From Pseudobdellovibrionaceae bacterium (GTDB taxonomy: Bacteria; Bdellovibrionota; Bdellovibrionia; Bdellovibrionales; UBA1609), in contig JAAOIK010000007.1 in NCBI GenBank assembly GCA_015163855.1, positions 28,824-92,823 on the forward strand: a stretch of 64,000 nt of DNA. The letters are read 5' to 3'. The notes beneath the pieces were generated by a model that saw only the letters and a program-made list of their open reading frames with translations, made no database searches and was not told the origin of the DNA. A program made the position numbers and the translations under genes. Each line of letters begins with the position of its first letter. Positions within the stretch are counted from its first letter, which is position 1. Positions 49,141-59,584 of this stretch are shown in pieces.

Positions 49141-50601
49141 ATGCTTTCTAGACGCCATTTTTTTAAAACACTACTATACAGTATGGCAAAAATTACTGCT
49201 GTTTCTGCAGTGTTGCCTAAAAAATTATTACAAGCCGCAGAAAAGCCTTTGTTTACTAACCCCTACCATCTTCCTCCATTACTTTTAGGAAAAAAAGAAG
49301 GTAAAAAAGTATCTTTTCATTTAAACATTCAATCGGGGTTAAGCTCTATTTTAAGAAGCAAAAAAACAAAAACATGGGGAATTAACCAAGCCTTTTTAGG
49401 TGTTACCTTAAAAGTAAACAAGGGCGATCAAGTGCATGTTACTGTTAAAAACTCCTTAACAGAAACCACCACTTTGCACTGGCACGGTATGAAATTACCT
49501 GCTCACGCCGACGGAGGCCCACACCAACCCATTGCTCCCCTTAAAGAATGGAAAACCCATTGGAATATTATTCAACCGGCTGCCACTTTATGGTACCACG
49601 CTCATACTTCTCATAAAACGGGACAGCAAGTTTATAATGGCCTTGCTGGCATGCTCTTAATTGACGACAAAGACAGCCAAAAATTAAACCTGCCCTCTGA
49701 ATATGGCGTGGATGATTTTCCAATTATGCTTTTAGACCGATCTTTTAATACTGATGGGTCTTTAGAGTATATTAAAAGTATGCATGATAGAATGCGAGGA
49801 AAAATGGGAACCCATATTTTAATTAATGGTGTTCACAAACCTGTTTTAAAAGTTAAAAAATCTTTAATTCGATTACGCTTACTAAACGCCTCTAATGCAA
49901 GGTTTTATCGCCTGCAGTTTAAAGACAATCGAATATTTAATATTATTGCCAGTGACGGCGGGTTATTAGAAAAACCCATTGCCTCTAATTCTATATTGCT
50001 TTCTCCTGGGGAAAGAGCAGAAATTATTGTTGAAGTTTTTCAAGGAAGCCTTCCTACATTAATTTATCGTGTTCAAGGCAGAAACGGTTTAAATCACGAC
50101 TATGAACTTTTACAAATTAATACACAAAAAGTAACTCAAAGCAAAAAAACTCTTCCTAGCAAACTAGTTACTCATAAAAAAGAAAACGAAAAAAAAGCAA
50201 CAACACACAGGCGCATGCAGTTGCAAATGCAAAGGCCAGCTTTTCGAGGCGACAGTATTTTTAAAATTAATAACAAAGCAATGGACATGAAAAGAATCGA
50301 CGAGGTGGTTACGGCCGGTAGTTTAGAGGTTTGGAGCATTGAAAATCAATCTTCCATGCCACACCCCTTTCATATTCATAATGTTCAATTTAAAATTATT
50401 AGTAAAAGTGGTTCAGAAGTTTATGGACACGAACGGGGCTTTAAAGACACCGTATTAGTGAGGCCTAAAGAAACGATAAAAGTATTAATACGATTTCCTA
50501 AATACACCGATGAAAAATATCCCTATATGTATCATTGCCATATTTTAGAACATGAAGACCAAGGGATGATGGGTCAATTTATTCAAATTGCTTCAAAATA
50601 A
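49141..50601 (+). CDS. Multicopper oxidase with Tat-type signal (CueO/FtsP-like)
   Basis: SRRHFFK leader; copper motifs LHWHG, WYHAHT, HPFHIH, YHCHILEHEDQGMMG; Met-rich segment MQLQMQRP...NKAMDMKR. Confidence 0.92.
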   Translation: MLSRRHFFKTLLYSMAKITAVSAVLPKKLLQAAEKPLFTNPYHLPPLLLGKKEGKKVSFHLNIQSGLSSILRSKKTKTWGINQAFLGVTLKVNKGDQVHVTVKNSLTETTTLHWHGMKLPAHADGGPHQPIAPLKEWKTHWNIIQPAATLWYHAHTSHKTGQQVYNGLAGMLLIDDKDSQKLNLPSEYGVDDFPIMLLDRSFNTDGSLEYIKSMHDRMRGKMGTHILINGVHKPVLKVKKSLIRLRLLNASNARFYRLQFKDNRIFNIIASDGGLLEKPIASNSILLSPGERAEIIVEVFQGSLPTLIYRVQGRNGLNHDYELLQINTQKVTQSKKTLPSKLVTHKKENEKKATTHRRMQLQMQRPAFRGDSIFKINNKAMDMKRIDEVVTAGSLEVWSIENQSSMPHPFHIHNVQFKIISKSGSEVYGHERGFKDTVLVRPKETIKVLIRFPKYTDEKYPYMYHCHILEHEDQGMMGQFIQIASK

Positions 50602-50673
50602 TACGCACAAAAATTTTTTAAAAGGCTATAGGGTTTAAAAGGCCAAGCCTTAGTTAAAAACAAAAATGGACAC

Positions 50674-52923
50674 TTATAGCCTGTGGTCACGACTGACTTG
50701 AATAATACCCTTGATTTTTTTAATTTCTATTAAAAGTTTTTGTAAATCTTCTAAATTTTTAATTCGTATATCAAAGTAACTAACCGCTCTATTATCTAAG
50801 GTAGAGCTCGCTTTTAAGTTTTCTATATTTGCATCGGCTGCAGAAAATACATCACCCATTTTAGCTAAAATACCTGGTAAGTTAAAACTAACTATACACA
50901 AACGCACACGATGAGTAATATTCTCTGTTTTTTGATCCCAATTTACTTCTACATACCTACCAGAATCAATATTAAATGTTTTTTCACAATCGGCCCTATG
51001 AATACTAATGCCCCTGCCTACAGAAACAAAACCTACAATAGGATCGCCAGGAATAGGGTAACAACATTTAGCAAATCTTACTAAAATATCATTTTCTCCC
51101 CCTACCTGCACACCCGAACGATCTTTTTTACTTTTCTTAGTACTATTACTAGTTTCAATTTTTTTCTCTAAAGTTTCAATTTCTGAAGTGCTCTTAACCT
51201 GCTCTTCTTCTTTGGGAACTAAATCTTTGTAAACTAATGAAGACTCTAGCCTACCAAAACCTATCTTAACAAATAAATCTTCTAATTTTTGACAACCTTG
51301 TTTTTGTAAATACTCTGTAAAAGATACGCCTTCGGTATAACGAGACAGTCGCTGTGATTTTTTTCTAAAAAATCTTTCTAACATATCTTGCCCCACTTTT
51401 TGAGACATAATTCTTTGTTCTTTTTTAATAACCGTTCTAATCTGCCCTTTTGCTTTGCTAGTTACACAAAACTTTAACCAATCTTTAGAGGGGGCTTGGT
51501 TTTTAGAAGTTACCACTTCTACCGTGTCACCATTTTGTAAAACATAGCGTAAGGGAACCACTTTTTTATTTACACAGGCAGAAACAATATGGTTTCCCAC
51601 ATCGGTATGAATAGAATAGGCAAAATCAATGGGAGTTGCTCCCACTGGAAATTCTTTTACCTCCCCTTTGGGAGTAAATACATAAATCTCTGACTCTAAA
51701 AGGTCAGATTTCATATTTTCTAAAAATTCATCAGCATTATAAGTTTCTTGATTCATTTGAATTAGCTCTCTAAGCCAATTAAACTTTTTAGCCACATCGG
51801 CGGCGGGTGCATTTTTTGAATTAACATCTTGAGAATAAGAATTGGCTTTGTATTCCCAATGGGCAGCAATCCCCCACTCTGCTAATTCGTGCATTTCGTG
51901 AGTACGGATTTGCACCTCCACCCTTTCGCCATCATTACCAATTAAAGTGGTATGTAAACTTTGGTAATTATTTACTTTGGGCATAGCAATAAAATCTTTA
52001 AATCGCCCTGGGATAGGTCGCCATAAAGAATGGATAATCCCTAAAGTTTCATAACATTCTTTAATAGAACTTACACAAATCCTAAATGCTAAAATGTCGT
52101 AAATTTGCTCGTAGGGTAAGTTGCTAATTTTCATTTTTTTATAAATAGAATACAAATGTTTAAATCTTCCTTGAATATCAAAAGAAAAATCTACGCGGTT
52201 TTCTAAATTTTTTATTAAAGTGAGTTTAAAATTTTCAACATAACTTAAGCGATCTTTTCGCCTTTCTTTAGTTTTTTCTTTTAAAAAATGATATTCATCA
52301 GGGTGGGCATATTTTAAAGACAAATCTTCTAATTCTATTTTAATAGAACTCATACCTAACCTGCTAGCTAAAGGAGCATAAATATCTAAAGTTTCACTAG
52401 CAATTCTACCTTGCTTTTGAAAAGACATATAATTTAATGTGCGCATATTATGCAAACGATCGGCAAGCTTTACTAAAATTACTCTTACATCCGAACCCAT
52501 AGCCACAATCATTTTTCTAATATTTTCTGCTTGCTTTTCGTGAGTGTGACGAAAATTTAATTTTGTAATTTTAGTCACACCCTCTACAATGCCCGCAACA
52601 CTACTTCCAAAGACTTTAAGAATATCTTCTGTAGTAATTAAAGTGTCTTCCACAGTATCGTGTAAAAGGGCTGCAATAATACTGGCCACATCTAATTTTA
52701 GTTGTGCTAAAATATAGGCCACACCAATGGGGTGAGTAATATACTCTTCTCCACTACGACGAACCACACCTTCGTGAGCTTTTTGTGCCATTTGATAGGC
52801 TTTTTCTATCATGCCAATATCTTCTTCAGAATAAAAATTCTTTAGATATTGCAAAAGCACATCAAAAGACCCTGTGTCTTTTAGTTCTTTGTCGGTATCT
52901 TGTTGCTGTTGACCGGTTTTCAC
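50674..52923 (-). CDS. RelA/SpoT bifunctional (p)ppGpp synthetase/hydrolase
   Basis: HD domain ITHPIGVAYILAQL...ALLHDTVEDT; synthetase YQSLHTTLIG, EVQIRTHEMHELAEWGIAAHW; TGS YSIHTDVG; C-terminal ACT. Confidence 0.95.
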   Translation of the reverse strand: MKTGQQQQDTDKELKDTGSFDVLLQYLKNFYSEEDIGMIEKAYQMAQKAHEGVVRRSGEEYITHPIGVAYILAQLKLDVASIIAALLHDTVEDTLITTEDILKVFGSSVAGIVEGVTKITKLNFRHTHEKQAENIRKMIVAMGSDVRVILVKLADRLHNMRTLNYMSFQKQGRIASETLDIYAPLASRLGMSSIKIELEDLSLKYAHPDEYHFLKEKTKERRKDRLSYVENFKLTLIKNLENRVDFSFDIQGRFKHLYSIYKKMKISNLPYEQIYDILAFRICVSSIKECYETLGIIHSLWRPIPGRFKDFIAMPKVNNYQSLHTTLIGNDGERVEVQIRTHEMHELAEWGIAAHWEYKANSYSQDVNSKNAPAADVAKKFNWLRELIQMNQETYNADEFLENMKSDLLESEIYVFTPKGEVKEFPVGATPIDFAYSIHTDVGNHIVSACVNKKVVPLRYVLQNGDTVEVVTSKNQAPSKDWLKFCVTSKAKGQIRTVIKKEQRIMSQKVGQDMLERFFRKKSQRLSRYTEGVSFTEYLQKQGCQKLEDLFVKIGFGRLESSLVYKDLVPKEEEQVKSTSEIETLEKKIETSNSTKKSKKDRSGVQVGGENDILVRFAKCCYPIPGDPIVGFVSVGRGISIHRADCEKTFNIDSGRYVEVNWDQKTENITHRVRLCIVSFNLPGILAKMGDVFSAADANIENLKASSTLDNRAVSYFDIRIKNLEDLQKLLIEIKKIKGIIQVSRDHRL

Positions 52924-53136
52924 ACATTACTTATCGGGTAAAAACCGAGAAAAATCAATAGGCTAGGAATTGCATCTTCAATATTAGCAAAATGCCATTA
53001 ATGCGCCTTTAATTTGGTTCTTCTTGTTTTCAAATTTTTAAATAATGGGTAAAACTTTTTAAGTTTTTTGTAAATCCATAAGGTAAATAAGAAAAACGAG
53101 TAATTAATTAATAAAAAATATTTTGTATAAACCTTT

Positions 53137-55845
53137 TTAGTTAAATAATCCCCTACACATTACTTGCTTTTTTTCATTTAAGGCTTGCACTAGTTGCTTT
53201 TGCGCTATGACATATAAATTTTCTTTCAAGCCTCCATATTTAATAAACAATAATAATAGTTTCTGGTATTTGGGGTGAGCTATGACCTCAGGATGGGACA
53301 AAACAGCTTGTGCTAAAGCACCCATCTCCTTCCCCTTTTTAATATAGCTATCTATCCACCCAGTCCACTTGGGGTGAGCTATGGCCTTAGGTTTAGACAA
53401 AGCATATACTGCCAAATAACCCATATCCTTCCCCTTTTTAATATAGCTATCTATCCACTCAATCCACTTAGAATGAGCTCTGACCTCTGGCTTAGACAAA
53501 ACATATACTGCCAAATAATGCATGCCTTCCCCTTTTTTAATATAGCTATCTATCCACCCAGCCCACTTGGGGTGAGTTATGACCTCAGACTTAGACAAAA
53601 CAGAGTATGCCAAATAATGCATACCTTCCCCTTTTTTAATATAACTATCTATCCACCCAGCCCACTTGGGGTGAGCTATGGCCCTAGGCTTAAACAAAAC
53701 AGATAATGCCAAAAACTTCAGATGCTCCCCTTTTTTAATATAACTATCTATCCACTCAATCCACTTGGGGTGAACTATGGCCTCGGGCTTAGACCAAGCA
53801 TGTAGTGCCAAATAATCCATACCTTTTCCTTTTTTAATATAACTATCTATCCACTCAGTCCACTTGGGGTGAGCTATGACCTCAGGTTTAGACAAAACAT
53901 ATGTTCCCAAAAACTCCATTGCCTGCCCTTTGTTGATGTAGCTATCTATCCACCCAGCCCACTTGTGGTGAGCTATGACCTCAGGCTTAGACAAAATATA
54001 TTTTGCCAAATTATTTACACTCTGCCCTTTGTTGATATAGCTATCTATTATAAAAAATAGCTGAGGCCAGTTAGCCCAATTCATTCGAGACAGTGCAGAC
54101 ATGCCCTTTTCTGTTACCCCTTCTTTCCATATTGCGTTAATTATATCTTTAGCGCTAAATTTAAAATTACCTTGATCTGCTGAATCCAGAAATTGTGAAA
54201 AATGTTTATTAGCTTCTTCATTAATCAATAATAAATTATTCTCTTTTATCTTTGGGTTATGAAATAAAACATCTATAGCATCATTAACACTAATAAACTT
54301 CCATTGTGCTTTTTTCATAGTTTTTTCTGAAAAAAAAGAAAACTTTAAAAATGGATTTTCTTTAACTTGTGTCTTAAAGCTATTAATAATTTTTTGATTA
54401 GGAGAAAAAACCACTCCCTGTCTGTGCTTTTTAAAATCATCATAAGACCCTTCAGAATTTTTTTGTTTTTTTAAAACTTCTTCTTGTAAAGGAATTGCAA
54501 AAAATGTTTGGTTAACTATTTTTAAACTTTGATTATACTTACTCATAGCTTCTTTGACTGTTGGAAACGAAGAATTTCCATTAAACCACTCAGGTTGTGC
54601 GAGTGTTAAATATTTTGCTTTAAATGCATCTTTATTTATAAATAAAGTATGCAGTGCCCAATCCACATGTTTGGCTGATAAATTAGCGCCTGTAATATCT
54701 TTTACATACAAAACTAAATCATTGTTTACTTTTACTAAATCTACACTCATATAACCAATGGCTTTTTTTTGTTTGTTTAAAATATAAAAAATGTACTCAT
54801 AAGGGTGATAAGAGTTGGCCCATGTGGTTTTGGTTGAACAATCCCCACCTATACAACCACGGTAAGTGGATATAAAGGCTGGCACCTGAAGCAATGCCAT
54901 TTTAAATTCATTTTTTACTGATTTAGATTCTCCATAAGAATTAATTATTTTATTTGTAGATTTAATTAATAACTTATCTTCTTTTATTGATAAAACTTTT
55001 TTTAAAAAACTATTAAAATTCTTTGGAAACACTTTTTCAATAACTTCTACATTACCATTAGTAATGGTAATTGCTTGTTTTGAATATAAAAACGATAATA
55101 TAGATATTGTAGCCATTTTTTGCTCTACTGCTCTTGCCTTTTCTGCTATTAGCAAAAGCTCTTCGTAGCTTGTGTTAGAATTAAAACCAAAATCAGAATA
55201 ACGAAATGTTTTATCAAATTTATTTTTATCAAAAGACATGTTTTTTAGCATTGGTAAAATATCTGTAGAATGACTGTTTTTAAATAATCTTTTCTTTTTC
55301 TCACCACTGATTGGCAAAGAAGAAATAATTCCTGAAATAAAGAAATTAAAAGAACCAATAGGGATTTTTGATTTTTTCTTTTCATTATTTATAAACTCAG
55401 CTGTTAAATGAAAATTCTTTATGGAATTTAAAAATTGATTATTAATAAATTTTTTTTGTAATAGCTTTTTTACTAAAACATTTAAAGTTTCTTTATTGCC
55501 ATTACTTTTTTGATTATCAAACACTTCCCATAAATAAAGAAAATCTTGTGTTGCTACATCTTGTTTGTAAGAAGAATTTTTATCTAGTTCTACATACAAA
55601 TTTTTTGTTAATTTCATATATTTTAGAATTAATTGTTTGCTAAGTTCGTCGCCACTATCTGTTTTATAGGTTTGATCTAAAAACATAGGTAAATTTTTTA
55701 TTTTATGAGCTGTAACAAAAGCACCCGCACCTTCTAATAAAGATACTGGAATTCTATGCGCAGATATAGTGCTAGCAAAAACAGAGGAAACCTGAATGCT
55801 TAAAAATAGAACTAGTAAAAAAAGATGCTTTAAAAAAAACTGCAT
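53137..55845 (-). CDS. Exported 33-aa tandem-repeat protein of unknown function (902 aa)
   Basis: Signal peptide MQFFLKHLFLLVLFLSIQVSSVFA; C-terminal half is units of WIDSYIKKGxxMxYLAxxVLSKPEVIAHPKWxG/E. Confidence 0.85.
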   Translation of the reverse strand: MQFFLKHLFLLVLFLSIQVSSVFASTISAHRIPVSLLEGAGAFVTAHKIKNLPMFLDQTYKTDSGDELSKQLILKYMKLTKNLYVELDKNSSYKQDVATQDFLYLWEVFDNQKSNGNKETLNVLVKKLLQKKFINNQFLNSIKNFHLTAEFINNEKKKSKIPIGSFNFFISGIISSLPISGEKKKRLFKNSHSTDILPMLKNMSFDKNKFDKTFRYSDFGFNSNTSYEELLLIAEKARAVEQKMATISILSFLYSKQAITITNGNVEVIEKVFPKNFNSFLKKVLSIKEDKLLIKSTNKIINSYGESKSVKNEFKMALLQVPAFISTYRGCIGGDCSTKTTWANSYHPYEYIFYILNKQKKAIGYMSVDLVKVNNDLVLYVKDITGANLSAKHVDWALHTLFINKDAFKAKYLTLAQPEWFNGNSSFPTVKEAMSKYNQSLKIVNQTFFAIPLQEEVLKKQKNSEGSYDDFKKHRQGVVFSPNQKIINSFKTQVKENPFLKFSFFSEKTMKKAQWKFISVNDAIDVLFHNPKIKENNLLLINEEANKHFSQFLDSADQGNFKFSAKDIINAIWKEGVTEKGMSALSRMNWANWPQLFFIIDSYINKGQSVNNLAKYILSKPEVIAHHKWAGWIDSYINKGQAMEFLGTYVLSKPEVIAHPKWTEWIDSYIKKGKGMDYLALHAWSKPEAIVHPKWIEWIDSYIKKGEHLKFLALSVLFKPRAIAHPKWAGWIDSYIKKGEGMHYLAYSVLSKSEVITHPKWAGWIDSYIKKGEGMHYLAVYVLSKPEVRAHSKWIEWIDSYIKKGKDMGYLAVYALSKPKAIAHPKWTGWIDSYIKKGKEMGALAQAVLSHPEVIAHPKYQKLLLLFIKYGGLKENLYVIAQKQLVQALNEKKQVMCRGLFN
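53257..54048 (-). repeat. Eight coding tandem repeats of exactly 99 bp
   Basis: The [ag]ctatctat signature occurs at 53347, 53446, 53545, 53644, 53743, 53842, 53941 and 54040, i.e. exact 99-bp spacing; a ninth degenerate unit lies near 53248. Confidence 0.95.
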
Positions 55846-55924
55846 AAGTAATTATTGTGCAATTAGTAAGCCTAAAGGTGACTCAAACTGATGCAAAAGT
55901 CAGAGGGGCAAAATAGCCCTGCCA

Positions 55925-57106
55925 TTAATGCATATTTTCATTTAAAGAAGTAAGCTGACCACAAGCTGCATAAATATCACTGCCCATACGCCGCCGCAAT
56001 AGCACTTGAGCCCCTTTTTTATACAAAGCTTGATGAAATTTATCCACTGCTGATGCAGAGGGGGTTTCGTAATTTGACCCCGGGTGAGGGTTAAAAGGGA
56101 TTAAGTTAATTTTACAAGGCACCCGTTTAGTAAGTGCATATAGCTCTTCTGCCGACTCCAAAGAATCAGTTATTCCTTTAAGTAATACATACTCAAAAGT
56201 GACTAACTCCCCGGTTTTTTTTACATAATCATTACAGGCATTAAGTAAAGTTTCTATATTCCACTTTTTGTTAATGGGCATAATGCTAGTTCTAATATTA
56301 TCATTAGAGGCGTTTAAACTTACAGCCAATCTAACGCCAGCCTTTACCACTAAAGGAATTTTATCCACCAAACCCACCGTGGAAAGAGTAATTTTTTTTC
56401 CAGAATAATTAAAGCCCAACTGTTCTTTTAATATAGAAATACTGTTAAATACATTTTCTTCATTGTCTAAGGGTTCGCCCATTCCCATAAAAACAATATT
56501 ACCAATAGGAGCATGGGCGTGTAAGCTGGCTTGCCAAGGAATAATATCTTCTAGATTTTTTGCTTTATTTTCTTCAAGCCATAGCTTTTGGTTTTTTGGC
56601 TGACCTGGGGCATCGACAAATAACTTTTGTCCAGTAAGTTTTAATAAATCATATAAAATTTCGGGCCGTGCAAATAAAAATTGTCGCAATAAAAAAACCT
56701 GCCCCACAATTTCAGAAACCTTTAAGCGTCTTTTTAATTTTTGCTTTCCAGTAAAACAAAAGTCACAAGCTAAATTACAACCCACCTCTGAAGAAAGACA
56801 AATGGTTAATCTTCCTTTAGAGGGAATTAAAACACTTTCGAAAGGAAGCCCATCGCTGGTGTTTAATAAAAATTTTAAAGTGCCATCTTTGCTTAACCAA
56901 TGCTTTACTATTTTTGGTAAATGCCATGAAAAATACTCAGGTATTTGCGCTTGAAAACCTTGAGAAAGGTCAGACATTTCTTGTGTATTTACTATGGATT
57001 TTTGATACACCCACTTCCAAAGCTGTTTTGAGCGAAAGGCTTTATGCCCCTTTGCCTCTAAATAAGCCGTTAACTGTGGTAATGTTAAGTCGAAGAAATT
57101 AGGCAT
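55925..57106 (-). CDS. rlmN: 23S rRNA/tRNA (adenine-C2) methyltransferase RlmN, radical SAM
   Basis: CLSSEVGCNLACDFCFTGKQ, FMGMGEPLDN, STVGLVDKI, CGQLTS. Confidence 0.95.
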   Translation of the reverse strand: MPNFFDLTLPQLTAYLEAKGHKAFRSKQLWKWVYQKSIVNTQEMSDLSQGFQAQIPEYFSWHLPKIVKHWLSKDGTLKFLLNTSDGLPFESVLIPSKGRLTICLSSEVGCNLACDFCFTGKQKLKRRLKVSEIVGQVFLLRQFLFARPEILYDLLKLTGQKLFVDAPGQPKNQKLWLEENKAKNLEDIIPWQASLHAHAPIGNIVFMGMGEPLDNEENVFNSISILKEQLGFNYSGKKITLSTVGLVDKIPLVVKAGVRLAVSLNASNDNIRTSIMPINKKWNIETLLNACNDYVKKTGELVTFEYVLLKGITDSLESAEELYALTKRVPCKINLIPFNPHPGSNYETPSASAVDKFHQALYKKGAQVLLRRRMGSDIYAACGQLTSLNENMH

Positions 57107-57203
57107 AGTTTATACTCTGTACTCTACTAGACTAATAAAGCCAAGTATAATAGCCTAAGGTTATAAAATTTATAACCCTTTCCTGCATTAAGGAAGTGCA
57201 AAA

Positions 57204-58241
57204 ATGATTGTTAACTTTATTTCGGGCAAAGACCTTGGCGGGCCAAAGCAGTCCTTTATTTTATACAGCAAAGCTTTACAAAAAATATACTCCCCCATTT
57301 GTTCTGTTATTCGCAAAGGAGCATTATTAAAACCCTTAATGGACGAGCAAAACATAAAGACTATAGAGCTAAATTATCTTCGTTTAAATTTTTGGCCATT
57401 TAAATATTGGGCTATAAACAAAATTAAAAAACAACTAAAACCCTTGCTTCCAAAAATTATTTTTGTACACAAAGCCTTAGACCTTCCTTTAGTGGTGGCC
57501 GCTTTACCAAAAACAAAAGTCATTGGCGTGATACATAGTTTTTCGGCCTCTAACATAGAATATGCTGACGCTTTAATTGCTGTTTCAGAAAAAGTAAAAC
57601 AATTTTTAATAAATAAAAATTATAAAAAACCCATTTATGTTATTCCTAATATCACTGTAGCAGAAGCTTTTCCCTCTCCAAAAAATAAAGCTTTACCTTC
57701 TGTGCCAGTTATTGGGGCGATGGGTGTTTTTAGAAGAACAAAAGGCTTTCACACTTTAATTAAAGCGCTATTTTTACTTAAAAAAAAGAATGTGCCCTTT
57801 CAGGCAGTTATTGCTGGTAAGGGAAAGCTTTACTATTACTTACAGTATTTAAGGTGGAGGTATAATTTACAAGATCAGCTTTTACTTAAGTCTTGGATTG
57901 CTAATAAAAATAAAACGGCCTTTTTAGACAGTATTGATTTATATGTTCTTTCTTCTAAATTAGAAACTTTTGGAATGGTAATTATCGAAGCTATGGCACG
58001 AAAAAAACGAGTTATTGCCACAAAGTGTGGTGGCCCTGAAGAAATTCTTACCGATGCTGTAAATGGTTATTTAATTCCTAAAAAAAATAGTTTAGCTTTA
58101 GCTAATAAATTAGAGCACTTAATTAAAAACCCTCAAGTATCACAAGATATACCCGAAAAAGCTTACCAAAGTATTCTAAACAACTATAGTCTAGAAGTTT
58201 TAACCAACCACCTACAAAACTTACTCCGTATTTATTTATAA
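57204..58241 (+). CDS. Glycosyltransferase family 4-like
   Basis: GVFRRTKGFHTLIKA, VIAGKGKLYYYL, DLYVLSSKLETFGMVIIEAMARKKRVIATKCGGPEEI. Confidence 0.9.
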   Translation: MIVNFISGKDLGGPKQSFILYSKALQKIYSPICSVIRKGALLKPLMDEQNIKTIELNYLRLNFWPFKYWAINKIKKQLKPLLPKIIFVHKALDLPLVVAALPKTKVIGVIHSFSASNIEYADALIAVSEKVKQFLINKNYKKPIYVIPNITVAEAFPSPKNKALPSVPVIGAMGVFRRTKGFHTLIKALFLLKKKNVPFQAVIAGKGKLYYYLQYLRWRYNLQDQLLLKSWIANKNKTAFLDSIDLYVLSSKLETFGMVIIEAMARKKRVIATKCGGPEEILTDAVNGYLIPKKNSLALANKLEHLIKNPQVSQDIPEKAYQSILNNYSLEVLTNHLQNLLRIYL

Positions 58242-58327
58242 AAATATAATAATTTACTAGATTTTTAAAACAATCTAAGATAGTTTTTAAGGATTAGAAA
58301 CAAATATGTAAAATTATTGGACTAGTT

Positions 58328-59584
58328 ATGAAAAATATTTACGCCACCCCTTTTTACGCTAATATAATAAAAAATTTAGAAAAAGCCTCTAAGGTACATA
58401 GTACCAAAACGGCAACTATACAGCGATTAAAATTTCCCAAAAGATGCATTGTTGTTTCGATTCCCATAAAAATGGATGACGGGCATATGCAAATTTTTGA
58501 TGGATATAGAGCACAGCACAGTCAAACATTAGGCCCTTTTAAGGGAGGTGTGCGCTTTCACCAAGATGTTAACCTTGCAGAAACGGTATCTTTATCTTGC
58601 TTAATGACTTTAAAAAACTCTTTGTTAGGTCTTCCTTTAGGAGGCGCAAAGGGAGGAGTTGCCGTTGATCCAAAATCTTTATCCTTAGGCGAGCTAGAAC
58701 GATTAACACGAGGTTACACCTCTGCCATTGGTCCTTTTATTGGGCCAGATAAAGATATTCCAGCCCCTGATGTGGGTACGGATTCGCAAACTATGGCTTG
58801 GATGTTAGATACCTATTCTACAGAATCAGGATTTTCGCAAACCGGCATTGTTACTGGAAAACCCTTAGCCATTGGAGGCTCTAAAGGAAGAGAGGCCGCT
58901 ACCGGTTTAGGCGTAATTTTAAATATACAAAAAGTTTTAGAAAAGCAAAATAAATCCGTCGAAGACAGTAGCTTAGCCATTCAAGGTTTTGGTAAGGTGG
59001 GAATGCACGCAGCTATTGAGGCCCATAGAATTGGCCTAAAAGTGGCGGCCATCAGTGATGTATCCACAGCCTTATATGATCCTAATGGCTTAAACATACC
59101 CGAACTAGTAGCTTTAACTAAGCAAAAAAAATTATTAAAAGACTACCCTCATGCGAAAAAAATTTCTAACGAAGAGCTATTAATTTTACCCGTAGATATT
59201 TTAGCACCTTGCGCATTAGACGGCGTTATTCATTCAGGCAACATGGAAAAAATTCAAACGAAAATTATTGTGGAGGGGGCCAACGGACCAACCACATCTA
59301 AAGCGAGTACTTATTTGTTTAAAGAAAAACAAGTGATTATTATCCCTGACATTTTAGCAAATGGTGGCGGAGTTGTTGTAAGTTACTTTGAGTGGGTTCA
59401 AGATATCGTATGGTTGTTTTGGTCAGAAGAAGAAGTAAAGTCTAAACTAAAAATGATTATAGACCGATGTTTTGACCGCGTTTGGGATTGTGCTCATAAA
59501 CATAAAATAGATGTTAGAACTGCAGCTATTGCCACAGCCCTAAAACGATTAGAAAAAGCTATGCTCTTGCGAGGGCAAATTTGA
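58328..59584 (+). CDS. gdhA: Glu/Leu dehydrogenase family, glutamate dehydrogenase
   Basis: GPFKGGVRFHQDVNLAE, LPLGGAKGGVAVDP, PAPDVGTDSQTMAWMLDTYS, VQGFGKVGMHAA. Confidence 0.9.
   Translation: MKNIYATPFYANIIKNLEKASKVHSTKTATIQRLKFPKRCIVVSIPIKMDDGHMQIFDGYRAQHSQTLGPFKGGVRFHQDVNLAETVSLSCLMTLKNSLLGLPLGGAKGGVAVDPKSLSLGELERLTRGYTSAIGPFIGPDKDIPAPDVGTDSQTMAWMLDTYSTESGFSQTGIVTGKPLAIGGSKGREAATGLGVILNIQKVLEKQNKSVEDSSLAIQGFGKVGMHAAIEAHRIGLKVAAISDVSTALYDPNGLNIPELVALTKQKKLLKDYPHAKKISNEELLILPVDILAPCALDGVIHSGNMEKIQTKIIVEGANGPTTSKASTYLFKEKQVIIIPDILANGGGVVVSYFEWVQDIVWLFWSEEEVKSKLKMIIDRCFDRVWDCAHKHKIDVRTAAIATALKRLEKAMLLRGQI

Noticed and set aside
53257-54048. Regularly spaced 99-bp repeats as a possible CRISPR array
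   Set aside because: No unique spacers; the repeats are contiguous, an exact multiple of 3, and encode a conserved 33-aa unit inside a long ORF.
53374-54060. Plus-strand ORFs 53374..53706 and 53869..54060
   Set aside because: They are antisense shadows of the 99-bp coding repeats, with no independent coding signal.
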